DNA of 64,000 nucleotides from Rebecca billardiae RCC1528 (Eukaryota; Protista; Haptophyta). Shown here piece after piece: positions 12,685 to 23,247 of this stretch. The stretch lies in contig OZ251228.1 of assembly GCA_965240325.2 (NCBI GenBank), positions 620,001-684,000 on the forward strand. Reading direction: 5' to 3'. Each line of letters starts with the position of its first letter. Position 1 is the stretch's first letter. A program made the translations under genes and the position numbers. A model generated the notes under the pieces. That model was not told the DNA's origin. It searched no databases and saw nothing but the letters and a program-made list of their open reading frames with translations.

Positions 12685-15600
12685 AGCTCAGCCGGCGCCG
12701 CGCCGCCCGCCTCCGGCGTGGCCTCACTCTCACGCTCGGCAGCCGAGCTGGCCGTGCGCGCGCCGTGGCAGGTGATCGAGCTGAGCGCGAGCGGCACCAC
12801 GCCCGGCGAGTTCTGGCTGTGGGTCCTCGTGGACGGGCACGCGCTGCACCGCGTGCCGCTCAGCGTGCCGCGCGAGATCTTTGTCAACAGGCGCGCGCGC
12901 GCGCGCACGCACGCGCGCACGCGCTTGCGAGGCGCCCTCGCGTGCGCACAAGCCGCCTGTCTGCCACTGCCTGCCGAGCCGGCAGCTCCCAGCAGGTGGC
13001 GGCGGGCACACACACACGCCGGCCGCCACTGGGCGCCGCCGCCGCCGCGCGTGTGCCCCCGCTCGCGCGCCCGCGCGCGAGGCGAGGGCTCAGCGCAGCG
13101 TCGCTCACGCGCGCGCACGCGCTCTACCCTCCGTCCGCGCGCGCGCTCGGCCCCGCCGCGCGTGTGCCCCCGCAGCCGCACACCCGACACGGGCGCTCGC
13201 TCCGCGCCCGCCTCGCGGCTGCTGCCGCACGGCGCGGCGGTGCGGCACATGTACCGGCTCGAGCTGAGTGAGGCGGAGTGGCAGCGCTCGGCGGGGCTGA
13301 GCGCGCACCTGAGCCACGCAGACATCCTGGGCGTGTATCACAGGTGCGTGCGCTGTGTGTGTGCTGTGTGTGCGTGTGTGCTGCGTGTGCGTGTACGCTG
13401 CGTGTGCGTGTGTGTGCTATCTGCGCGTGTGTGTGTGCTGTGTGTGCGTGTGTGTGTGTGCGGAGCGGTGCGCGGGCGCCGCGCGAGCGCGCGCGAGCGC
13501 GCCGGCCGCTGCGCGATTGCGCGCGCCGGCCGCTGGCGCGGCTGGGCACTGAGCCTTCAACCGCCGTGCCGCCCGCGCGCTCTTACGCGCCCTCGCGCCC
13601 CGCCCTCCGCGCCGCGCGGCTACCCTCGACCCCCGGACCAACCCACCGCGCAGCCGGCTGCCCGCGGCCGTGCGCGCGCTCATCGAGCTCGGCCACGTGT
13701 GTGCAGTGACGCCTTCCGCGCGCCGGCGCGCGCTGCACCGCGGGTACACTCTCACCGAGCTGCAGGGGCGGTACGGCCGGACTGCCGGCTCGTCCGGGAG
13801 CTACCTGAGCGCGCCGCGGCTGCGCACGGCGGTGGTGCACGTCGCGGCCGCGGGCGGCCGCGCGATCCTCGCGCTGTGGCAGCCCTCGGAGCGCAAGGCC
13901 GGGGTCGTGGTGGTCACGTCGGGCGCGCGAGCCGAGGTGTGGCCGCCGCGCCGTGTGCTGCTGGGCCGAGCGCGCGCCGCGCCGCGCCGCGTGGGCGCTC
14001 ACCGCGCGCCGCGCGCCCCCGCTCTCGTGCCGCGCCGCGCCGCGCAGCCTCCGCCGCCGGCCGAGCGCGTGCGCGCGCGCCTCGCGCAGCTGCCAGTCTG
14101 TGTGGAGGAGGGGCTGGCAGGCGAGGCGCTCGAGGTCTGGGTGGAGGGCGCGGGCTCGCTCGAGGCGGGGATGCGCACGCTCGCGCGCAAGCTCGCCGCC
14201 GCCGCGCAGTCGGCGGGCGGGCCGATGATCTGCCTGGCGCAGGTGTGCGCGCCGCGCGGCGCGGCGCGAGCGGCGGCGCGCCCGTGCCGAGCGCCGCGCG
14301 CCCGCGGCAGGCGGGCGAGCGGCCTTTGCGCACTCACTGACTGACCCACTGACTGACCCACTGACTGACTCACTGACTGACCCGCTCACTGACGCGCTCA
14401 CTGACCCACGCGCGTGCCGCGTCGCCGCCCGCGCGCGCGCGCGCGTAGGCGCCGGCGTCGAGCACCAACGGCTCTCTGCGCTCCGCGCTGCCGCCGCTGC
14501 AAGAGCTGCCGCTTGTGCGCGTGCCTTACAACGACGACGACCTCGCCGCGTGGGCTGGGCTGCTCGGGGCGCAGTGGCAGGCGCGCGCGCTGGAGACGGC
14601 GCTGCAGCGGTGCGCGTCTGCGGCGAGCTGGTGGCGCGAGGCGCTGCCGCTGAGCGAGGCCGCCGGCCTGCCCGTCGGCTGCCTCGCCGACCCTGAGCTC
14701 GGAGGTGTGTGTGCACGCCGCGCGGCGCCGCGCCCGCCGCGCTGCGCCGCGCGCCGTGCGCCGATTCGGCACCCGCCGCCGCGCTCGAGGCTGAGGGCGC
14801 CGCGGCTCCGTCGCGCGCCGAGCGCGCCAGCTGTGCCGCGCGCGCGCGGCGCCAGCACAGCGCAGCGCAGCGCAGCACACCCTCTCACACGCCCGCGCGC
14901 ATGCCGCCGCGCCGCCCCCTCTGCCCGGCCGGCCGGCCCGCGCTCGCCCTGCCCCGCCGCCGCCCCGCCGCCGCGCCGCGCCTCGGCCGCCCAGCTGACC
15001 CGCCGCTGCTGTGCTGCGACGTGATGTACGGTCGCCGGCTGAGCGCCGAGGGCCATGCGCTTTGGGCGTCGACCGGCCCGACGCCCGACCTGGGCGCGCC
15101 GCCGCGCTCGCTCGACGCGCGCGTCGACGAGGCCGCTCTGCACGCGCCGAGCGGCGCGCGGCTCGTGGTAGGCGGATGCCACCGCGCCGTCTGCGTCACG
15201 CTCACGCTCTCGCCGCTCGCCGTGGTCGCGATCATGGAGGCGAAAACGCTCGCGCCGAGCACCGAGATGCCGGGCACCTCGTCGGCCGCCGACGCGGCGG
15301 CGGCGGGCGCGGCCGGGCTGGACGAGGTGCTCGCCACGATGCCCGCGTTCAAGCTGCTGCGCGAGGAAGTCAAGGTGCGCGCCGCGGCCGCGCCGCTCGC
15401 CGGAAGCCGCGCGGCGCGGTCCGTGCGATGAGGAGGTTTGTGTCGAGCCGAGCGAGCGCGCCGCGCCGCGCCGCCGCGCCGTGTGTGGCGGCGCACGCGC
15501 GCCGCGCCGCGCGCGCGGCGCGAGAGAGCGCACGCGCGCGCGTGCGCCCGCCCGCCCGCCCGCCCGCCAAAGCAGCCGCGGCCGCCGCTGAGCGCGCGCT

Positions 15601-16464
15601 GCCCGAGCCTGCCAACTCACGCCCTCCCGCGCGCCCCCCGCCCGCGCTTCGTGCCGACCCCCGCGCCCCGCGCGCGCCGCGCGCCGCAGGAGTGGTGCCG
15701 CCAGATCTCGGATGCGGCCAAGAAGAGCGTGCCGTCCGCGCACGGCCCGCTGCTCGGCCACCTGCACCGCTGGCTGGGCTCGCCCGCCGCGCTGCTGCAC
15801 GACCCCGCGCTCGTGCTGCTGCTCGCGCGGCTGCAGGCCAAGGTGTGGCATGCGCTACTGGCCGAGCTGCGAGGCTGCGGCGCGCACGTGATCGCCGCCG
15901 ATCTCAAGTCCGTCACCATCGACACCGGTGCGCGCGCCGCTGCGCGCGGACGCCGTCGCGTGCGCGCGGGCGTGTGCACCCGGCCGAGCCGCGCCCGCGC
16001 GCCCGCCGCACCCCTCGCCAACCCCCCTGGCCCGCCCCCAGGCAAGTCGGACGTCTCCGCCGCGGCGTCCACCGTCAACTTCATCGTCGAGTCGGTGCGG
16101 CGGCACCAGCTGTTTTACTGGCTCGAGCTCACGCCGACGCGGTGGTACGGTGCGCTGCTGCTGCTGGATGAGCACAACTGGGGCGGGCTGGAGATCGACC
16201 CGCGCACGGTGCCGGGCACGCCGGAGCACGCGCACGCGCAGGACGTGGCGAGCGCGCGCGCCGCGTGGCGCGAGCGCCAGGACCGCCTCGGCGCGCAGGC
16301 GCCGCCGCGCAAGCGCGCGCCGCCGCGCCGCCGCCCGCGCGTGCTGGACGACGACGATGACGCCGGCGACGACGACGGCGGCGAGGAGGAGGAGGGGGAG
16401 GACGGCGACGACCCGATGGCGGACGCCGCGCGCGACGCCGCCGCCGAGCTCGACGCGGGCGCGA

Positions 16465-16519
<55 letters not shown>

Positions 16520-16762
16520 ACCGGCTGAGGACGGCTTTGAGCTGCTGCCTAACGGCTCGTACAGCGTCGGCGACGGCGGCGCGCCATTCCTGCCGTGCGG
16601 CCGGCGGTACGTGTGCGAGTGGAACGTGGCGGCCTTCCTGCCGCACAAGGTGGGCGAGCAGGTGGTCAAGGTCGTCTCGGGCTTCCTGTACCTGCCGATG
16701 CAGCGGCGGCAGAAGGCCGTCGACGCGGCGGCGGGCGTGCGCGCGCTCGGCGGCCGCGCGGA

Positions 16763-16794
<32 letters not shown>

Positions 16795-17795
16795 CGATGC
16801 GCAGCGCCGCGCGCCCGGCTGCCGCCGTCACGGCCGCCGCCGAGCCTCCGAGCATCGAGGAGTGCGCGCTGCACGTCTTCGAGGAGGACCTCAAGCCCGC
16901 GCTGTACAAGCTCACCGCACAGATCGCCGAGCAGATGCCGACGCGCAACACGGCGGATGAGCCCGCACGTGCGCGCGCGCGCCGAGCCGCGCGCCGCGCG
17001 CCGCGCGCCGCGCCGCGCCGCGCGCACCGTCCCCGCCGCCGCGCGCGCGCTCACGCGCATGCCCCGCCTTGCGCGCGCAGCCGACGAGGCGGGCCTCTTC
17101 CCGCGCCCGCCGGGCAGCCACCTCAGCCCGCACTCGCCCGCGCTCGAGTTCGTCAAGACCCTCTGCACGCTGCTTGAGCTCGACCGGCCGCTCGCGCCCA
17201 GGGTGGGCGCGGTGCGGCGCAACCTGCTGGCTCAGGTGCGTGCGTGCGTGCGACAAGGCGCGGCGCGAGCGCCGATGCGCCGATGCGCGCGGGCGGCGGC
17301 CGACGCGCGCCGCCGCGCCCGCTCCCGCCGCGCCCCCGCCGCGCGCAGCTGCGCGTGCGCGACTTTGCGTCCGAGGCGGCGTGGGTGGACCCGTGCCGCA
17401 CCTACGTGCTGCCCGACGTTGGCTGCGGCTCGTGCCAGCGCGTCGCCGACCTCGACCTGTGCCGCCACCCCGCGATGTCCGAGCCGGCGGAGGGCGAGGC
17501 GCGGCGCTGGCTCTGCGCGCACTGCGCGCACCCGTACGACCGCGCCGACGTCGAGGCGCGGCTCGTGCTCGTCGCACAGCGCGCGTCGCTCGGGTACCAG
17601 CTGCAGGACGCGCGCTGCGTCAAGTGCAGGGCGCTGCGCGCGTCGCACCTCGCGCCGCTGTGCGGCACGTGCGGCTCGCAGTTCAGCGTGTCCGCGAGCA
17701 CCGCGACCATCGGCGCGCTGCTCGACACGCTGCGCGAAGTCGCGCGCGCGTTCGCTCTGCCCTACCTGCTCGAGGTCACCACGTGGCTGCGGTGA
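6344..17795 (+). CDS. POLE: DNA polymerase epsilon catalytic subunit; 21 exons, ~2520 aa
   Basis: Motifs [27 protein letters not shown] (ExoI), [61 protein letters not shown]-terminal Cys clusters. Introns: 7187-7344, 7529-7655, 8102-8312, 8829-8963, 9154-9363, 9585-9734, 9975-10175, 10622-10729, 10939-11120, 11259-11570, 11692-11930, 12891-13175 (GC-AG), 13344-13653, 13937-14047 (less certain), 14243-14448, 14705-14994, 15375-15689, 15928-16041, 16969-17080, 17236-17348. Spliced length 7563 nt is in frame. Confidence 0.97.
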
Positions 17796-18022
17796 GGACG
17801 AGGCGGCCACTAGTCACTACTGCTGCTCATCGCGGACCACCTTGTCATTTTGAAATTGTTGCTACGACCCGTGTCTGGCCGTGCGCGGCGTGACCGCACA
17901 CCGCAGGCCAGCCTCTCCGCGCCTGGCAGCTCCCATCCAGACTCTCGAGTCCCCTCGTTTGTACTGGCGGCGCCGGCGGCCGAATCGATCGTATGGCGGC
18001 TCGTCTGCTAGCAGCGCTGCTA

Positions 18023-18045
18023 CTATCTATCTATCTATCTATCTA

Positions 18046-18086
<41 letters not shown>
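18023..18086. repeat. Compound microsatellite (CTAT)n(CT)n(AT)n
   Basis: Direct reading. Confidence 0.95.
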
Positions 18087-18565
18087 GTCTAGCCACTCCG
18101 CCATGCCCGGCTCGTACAAGGCGTCGGGTACGAATGGACTCTGGAGCTGGATGGTCGCGGCGCGCGGCGTCGTGGAGTAGACAGACCACAATGATCAATC
18201 ATGGAACGATCAGGTTAGCTATGTTGGGATTTGAGCAACGAACGACAGCGGGCGCTGGCAGCGGCGTGGCGGTTGAGCTGCTGCCCGAGGTCGAGAGGGC
18301 GCCCGCAACGATGAAGCGTGCGGGTTGACGCGACAGCGGCGAGAGCAAGAGACCATTGCATGAGGGGCGACGCGGCGAAGACAGATGATGACGTCGCGCC
18401 GCCGAACGATCAGGCGGGGAGCCGGGCCACACAGACAGCCAGCGACCTTACCGAGCAGAGGGGCTGCGGCGACTGCGGTGCACCTCCTGCAGCGGAGCGT
18501 GCACCCGGCAGTGCCCGATGCAGGCGATTCCCTTGCCCAGCTCGGCGCCTTCGTCGTGAGCAGCC

Positions 18566-18974
18566 CCATAAAGACTGGCCGATGTGGCGACACTCCCATA
18601 GCTTTTCCTGACGGCCCGAGGTACGAGTGGTCGTTGCCCGCAAAACTACACGAAAATAAACATTTTGCCACGTTTGCGGAAATGGCGGGGCTCCCGGCCG
18701 CTCTGCCGCTGACTTCGCCCGCTGGCAGGCGCGGTGGGAGCCGACCACTCGTACCTTCGGCCGTCAGACAGGAGGTCGTGTACCGCCCGCGCGCCGCGGC
18801 CTCGCACGGCGCGGAGAGGCCGCTCCAGGGGGCGACATCCGCTTGGGCGCGGTCCATCTTGACGCCCTCAAGGGGCCCACAGCGCCTAACGCCCCTGCAC
18901 GCTTCACCTCGCCGCGCGCGAGCGCGTTCAAAACGGCCTCCATCCTGAGCTCCATCCGCGGCCAGTCTTTATGG
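18566..18974. mobile_element. Candidate MITE, 409 bp, perfect 16-bp TIR CCATAAAGACTGGCCG
   Basis: 18566-18581 and 18959-18974 are exact reverse complements; no clean TSD (flanks AGCC / CGCC). Confidence 0.6.
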
Positions 18975-19190
18975 CGCCCCCGAGAGTGAAGCCTGATCGA
19001 TCCGATGTGAGCGGTAACCAACCGAGTCCTGCAGGTGCGCCGCTGTGGGCCAGATTGGCAGCGCACCAGGACTCCTGCGCGCGGCGGTGCGCACAGGACA
19101 ACGCAGGAATGCCGTGCGAGCCGGATTCTTGGCGTCGCTCATAGACACTCAGTTATAGGTTCCCTATAACGCCACATATATATATGTGTG

Positions 19191-21176
19191 TAAACTTTTC
19201 TGAGGATAGCGCACCAGCAATTTCCCTTGACCGCCATCCGGGCCGAAGTGGCGCAAAATGGCGGATGCCCCGTTTGGGCGCCCTTCCGCGCCTTCGAGCG
19301 GCTCGTGCGCGTCGGGAAGTGCGCCAAAGCGTATCCGGAGCATGCTCCATCGCCGAGTCGCACCGCTGGGCCCTCGCATGCGAGCCCTCGCCGACGTCTG
19401 AGTGCGCCTCGCTGCGCGCGGTACAGCTTGACGGTACACGGCACGATTCGGCCCACGAGCAGCCTCGTGCGCGCGACCGAGCCAGAGGTGGTCGTCAAGA
19501 GTAGCACGAGCGGCGGCACACGAGCGGGGCTGGTCGTTGCCGAATATCTGACGCACCAATCGACCTCGCTCAGCGCCATCTGCTCGTTTGTGCACGTGTT
19601 GGAAAGGATGAGCAGCTGCGTGCAAACGCCCAGCGCGCAGATGAAGCGTGGGCGAGCGAAGGGGCGGCGAGGGCCGGCGCGTGCGCGCGCGTAAATTCGA
19701 GCCTCCCCATACGCATCGAAACACACCGCGCTCGCTCGTCGAGCTGCGCACGGGTATCGGTGCGCGCGCGCCAACGCGGCGCGCCGTGCTCGAGCCCGGC
19801 GGATGCACACCTGCTTGCGCGCGCACGCGCGCGTGATGGACCGAGGAGGTCGCGCGAGCATGCGCGATGTGTCTGGATGGAGCGTGTAGGAGGCGTAGGC
19901 TGCGCTCCGCACGCGCTCCGCCACCGTGCACCGCGCTGCCCCTCGCCCACGCGGTCGCCGCCGAGCCCAGATTCAAACGCGTGCGAGCGCTCGAGCGCAC
20001 CTCCGAGCAGCAGTCGCAGCTATCGTGTCGAAGGCGTGGCGAGAGGCAGATGTGCATGGCAAGTCGCGCAATGGGGGTGCCCATCACGCGCACACACTCG
20101 CGCACGCTCGCCGCACCACCTCGTCGCGCCCACGTGCAGCGCGCGGGGCGCGCTTCGCGCCCGGAGCAGCTGCCGAGCGGCTCCCGCGCGCAGTGCGCGC
20201 GTCGAGTAGGGCTCAGCCAATGGTCCGAGGGCGAGCCGCCCGAGCGTCGTGCGTGACGCACATGGACCTAGTACAACGCCGCGTACCACTCGCTGCCACC
20301 ATAGGGCCCGTACCAGCGAGCTGTGGCCGCCGCAGACACCCAAAAGCTGCCCAACGGTCAGCGCGCGACAGCCGACGAGCGCCCGACGCGCGCGTCCACC
20401 ACCGCGATGAGCACGGACGAGCGCGCGCGCCCGTGTCGTAGCTTAGATGGGGTCCCCCGATCGCACGCACCACCGCGCTGCCACGCCTTCGACCATCTTG
20501 TGTCACCATGTGGCCGCTCGCCGCTCGCGCCGAGCGGCTGGCGGCGCAGCTGCACGACCGGCAAACAGTCAGCGCGCGGCAAGGGTGGAGTCCGGCGAGG
20601 GTCGGCCGGACTGTCCGGCGCCACCAAGGTGGACCACGTGGTGGTCACCGACGCGCTCGTCACCACGCTCGAGGCCATGGAGGCCGCCCAGGAGGAGAAC
20701 TACTCACTGCAACTGCCTGTGCGCTGCCTTTGGAGTGGCTCCTTTGCGCGCGCACGCAGCACCAACGAGCGAAAGCGTTTGCCGTGACCTAGTCCGGGGC
20801 TCAAGGGTACCACCATCAAAGAATGGAATGCGCGCAAAGGTCACGGCAAACAAATTTTGTGTCGCCCGTGCCGCGCGCGCGCGAGCACGGTCAATGCGGC
20901 TCCTTGCACATCTGCTGCAGATCGGCTCGTGCGCGACGAGCGCAGCGAGGAGGAAGGTGCGCGCTCGCGAGCTGGCGCACCTGGGAGTCCTCGCGGCCTC
21001 CGAGCAGAAAGAGCGCGTCGAGCGCCGCGGCGCAGGTCGCACGGTCGCGATCTCGCGAGAGCGGTCGTGCGACGACGGGCCACTCCATCGCGCGTTTCGC
21101 CGTCTGAACGCGGCCTCCGTAAAATCCGGATGGCGGTCAAGGGAAATTGCTGGTGCGCTATCCTCAGAAAAGTTTA
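19191..21176. mobile_element. Non-autonomous DNA transposon, ~2.0 kb, perfect 51-bp terminal inverted repeats (outer TA may be the TSD)
   Basis: TAAACTTTTCTGAGGATAGCGCACCAGCAATTTCCCTTGACCGCCATCCGG at 19191-19241 and its exact reverse complement at 21126-21176; TA-rich flanks; no recognisable transposase ORF. Confidence 0.88.
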
Positions 21177-21254
21177 ATCATATATATATACGACTCATTA
21201 TTCAGCATATATCGGTTATTAGTTATTTCATCACTCGTCGTATCAATATATATA

Positions 21255-21535
21255 TTTAACGACGTGGCAGCATCGGACAAGCGTCAGGCTCAGAGTGCAA
21301 CAGACACATAGAATGCGTCCGCGCCTTCCGTCCAGGTCAGACAGTGCGCCACCCGCAGCCCTGCCCCCCTACGGGAGCGGGGCCGGGATGGAGCACCGCC
21401 TCGGCCTGGGGCACGCGGCGGCGACGGCAGATGCCGCCGCGGCCGAGCGCCTTCCGGAGCACTTGGATGAGGGTGAGGTCGTAGTCGATGTCGCCGCCCG
21501 CCGACCTAGCGGCGAGCAGCTCCGGCAAGCGGCAG

Positions 21536-21536
<1 letters not shown>
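21255..21536. mobile_element. Short copy of the TA-embedded element at 3569
   Basis: Near-identical to 3569-3851; same left boundary TATATATTTAACGACGTGG; followed by (TA)n. Confidence 0.8.

Positions 21537-21537
<1 letters not shown>

Positions 21538-21601
<64 letters not shown>
21538..21601. repeat. (TA)n microsatellite
   Basis: Direct reading. Confidence 0.97.
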
Positions 21602-21603
<2 letters not shown>

Positions 21604-23247
21604 GTCATATATTTAACGTATATATAAGCTATATATATATATGTCATCATCGTCATCATCATGGCCCGCGGTGCAGGGCGGAACGCGCAGCGTGGAGCCC
21701 GCTCCGTGGGCCCTAACCACGTTTCAAAAAGATCTAGCTTTATATATATTGATCAATAAAGAAAAAAAGGGACGGGGCGCCGGGCGGTGTTTTCCAGAGT
21801 GGAGGAGACCGAGTTTCGATTTTTTGAGACCTCCTTACACATGGATTAGCGTCGAAAAAGGACGCGTCCGACGTCTTGAAGTTGAATAGTGAACAGAGGA
21901 ATCAACGAAACCCACGCCCAAGTGTGCGAGGCTGGGTAATTGTGGGTAGACTCTCGTTAATGTAGTGTGACCATAGTAAAATAATATGGCCTCGCCGCCG
22001 CAAGATGCCAAGAACGACCGTTGACATAATCGTCCAACCAACTCCAATACCAGTAGTGCGAGACATTGAAAAATACCCGCCGCAGCCATCCGTATAGTCG
22101 GAGCCGGAGGGGGCGCGCGCGGCGTGTTACATCCCCGCGTTTGTACATCCGGGAGACGAGGCGTCGCGAAGGCGCCCTCCCTCGTCGCGCCCCTCGCCGA
22201 GCCGACCCCCGCCGCCCGGGGGCGGGCTGCTGGGCGCACGAGCGCGAGCTGGCCACCGGCGTGAAGCCGAGGTGGAGCCAACTCGTCCTTCAGCTCGCAG
22301 GCGGCCCGGCTCCTGCGGCCGACCGCCCTGCTCGGCCTCGGGCATCCGCCTGCCTGCTTTGGCGCGGAGGCAAAACCGTACGGCCTAGCCCGCCGCCGCC
22401 ACGCGGCGGCCAGTCGGGGTGTCGTGTCGCGATTTGCGGGTGCGCGCCTCGCGGGGCAGGTGGCACTGTCCCGCCCGAGCGGTTCGGCGACCCCCGAAAT
22501 TCCCTCGCAAGCGCCCGCGAACGCGGATCCTCGCCGCGGGCTCGCCGGGGCCCATGTGCGCACCCGGGTGCCCCTGTCGAGCCAGTCTGGTGCGAGCACC
22601 GAAGGATGGTGCGGGCCGGGAGGCGTGGTGCGCGACGCCACCGAGGCCGCGGGCCAGCTAGGCACCGCTTGCGCGCCCACCAGTAGCCTGTGGCCCGACC
22701 ACGCGTTCAACCGTGGCACCCGATGGCAGCCCACGGTGCTCTGCGCCTCGGCTGGAGCGCGCTGTGCGCTCAGACGCGAGCGGCCGCCAAGTTGCCGGGT
22801 AGACGCCGTGCGCACGCTCTGGCAGCTGCGGATCAGCATCCTGCGAAGCTCTGCTGCCCCCACCTGAATGCTCGCACCACCCACCACGCGGCCCAGCCGG
22901 CCGCGCGCGCCGCCGCGGCCACCTCACCCGACGACTGCGAGCCTTGGGATCACTGCGCGTATATTGTGTGCTCAACGTGGGTGACAGCACAGCTGCGCCG
23001 CGGGCCCCCAACTACGTTGGTTCTGACGGAAGAGGACCGCGGAACGCGGTCATATCATCACTACATATCAGTGCTGACGATGCTGTCAATGATGCGCGCT
23101 CAGCGATCGAGCGCGCTGCCATCCGGATCCGCCGCCGGCCAGGCCGTGCCATGCAAGCATCATCAGCAGCATCTTCATGCAGCATATCATGAGATCGCCT
23201 ACGACTGCGGTCTGCGCTCGTCATGACGATCGTCGATATTCGCATCG

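Noticed and set aside
21700-22260. AT-richer patch with a Trp/Tyr-rich minus ORF (21957-22256)
   Set aside because: No recognisable domain, boundaries or second copy; left unexplained.
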